Of a DNA stretch of 64,000 bases, positions 63,867 to 64,000 are shown piece after piece. This DNA comes from Candidatus Binatia bacterium (GTDB lineage Bacteria; Desulfobacterota; Binatia; UBA9968), in the NCBI GenBank assembly GCA_036506735.1, contig DASXRG010000037.1:1450-65449 (forward strand). Reading direction: 5' to 3'. A program made the position numbers and the translations under genes. Every line of letters begins with the position of its first letter. Position 1 is the stretch's first letter. The notes under the pieces were generated by a model. It was not told where the DNA came from and did not search any database. It saw only the letters and a list, made by a program, of their open reading frames with translations.

Positions 63867-64000
63867 ATGAGCTATTGGAAAGAAGCAAGAGAAGAGATCG
63901 ACGCGACCCTCAACCGGCACTTCGACACGCCGGAGTATAAAAGGCTGTTCGGCGTAAAAATCACGCCCGAGCGAAATAAAATTCTGAACCTGCACTACCC
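63867..64000 (+). CDS. 5' part of a further gene, possibly another haem-oxygenase-fold paralogue (truncated by window end)
   Basis: AAGGAG at 63855-63860, ATG at 63867. The open frame MSYWKEAREEIDATLNRHFDTPEYKRLFGVKITPERNKILNLHY resembles the SPE(V/L)E(K/R)YFSVP(I/M)T N-termini of the three genes upstream. Confidence 0.45.
   Translation, partial: MSYWKEAREEIDATLNRHFDTPEYKRLFGVKITPERNKILNLHY

Noticed and set aside
1-64000. Search for tRNA, rRNA, tmRNA, transposase, integrase, toxin-antitoxin or known defence genes
   Set aside because: By eye I saw no cloverleaf-like conserved T-arm (GGTTCGAnnCC). No ORF translation resembles these families either, so none is reported.

Overview
This is a 64 kb high-GC bacterial chromosomal segment (hand counts about 60-62% G+C in coding lines) that is almost fully coding. 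I recognise no rRNA, tRNA, CRISPR array, transposase, integrase or phage gene. All family calls come from motifs read in the supplied translations, not from database searches.

Left part (about 0-32 kb): housekeeping and envelope genes. These are uvrB, uvrC, isocitrate lyase with a divergent IclR-type regulator, ComEC, an M48/TPR protease, two tandem DUF885 proteins, a GNAT, a secreted S1 protease, asparaginase and a LysR regulator. They are interleaved with secreted solute-binding proteins (SBPs) and bicupins.

Right part (about 32-64 kb): a very large accessory catabolic region, with 39.07-64 kb entirely on the + strand. It holds:
- three xanthine-dehydrogenase-family molybdopterin subunits and one 2Fe-2S subunit;
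- a gentisate-dioxygenase-like bicupin and a further bicupin;
- two split ComD/ComE-like thiamine-diphosphate decarboxylases;
- a DapA-family lyase, an M20 amidohydrolase, a dienelactone hydrolase, a VOC protein and a 4,5-dihydroxyphthalate-decarboxylase-like protein;
- five PqqC/CADD-like haem-oxygenase-fold (putative di-iron) proteins.

Most unusual observations:
1. There are 13 signal-peptide-bearing NMT1/THI5-like SBPs plus 2 family-1 SBPs and one SBP remnant. No ABC permease or ATPase gene is present in the window.
2. A tandemly iterated cassette of a haem-oxygenase-like protein plus an SBP occurs three times, with the start of a further haem-oxygenase-like gene at the window edge.
3. The middle molybdopterin subunit is bracketed by two copies of a palindromic repeat. 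It carries Gln where its two paralogues have the Glu of the GMGEGG motif.
4. A secreted S1 protease lies behind a near-consensus sigma-54 promoter and is followed by a free-standing copy of its own pro-domain as a lipoprotein.
5. A structured intergenic element of about 120 nt occurs twice, directly after stop codons, with compensatory outer stems.
6. uvrB and uvrC both have an extended -10 box 6-7 nt before the ATG, suggesting leaderless mRNAs.
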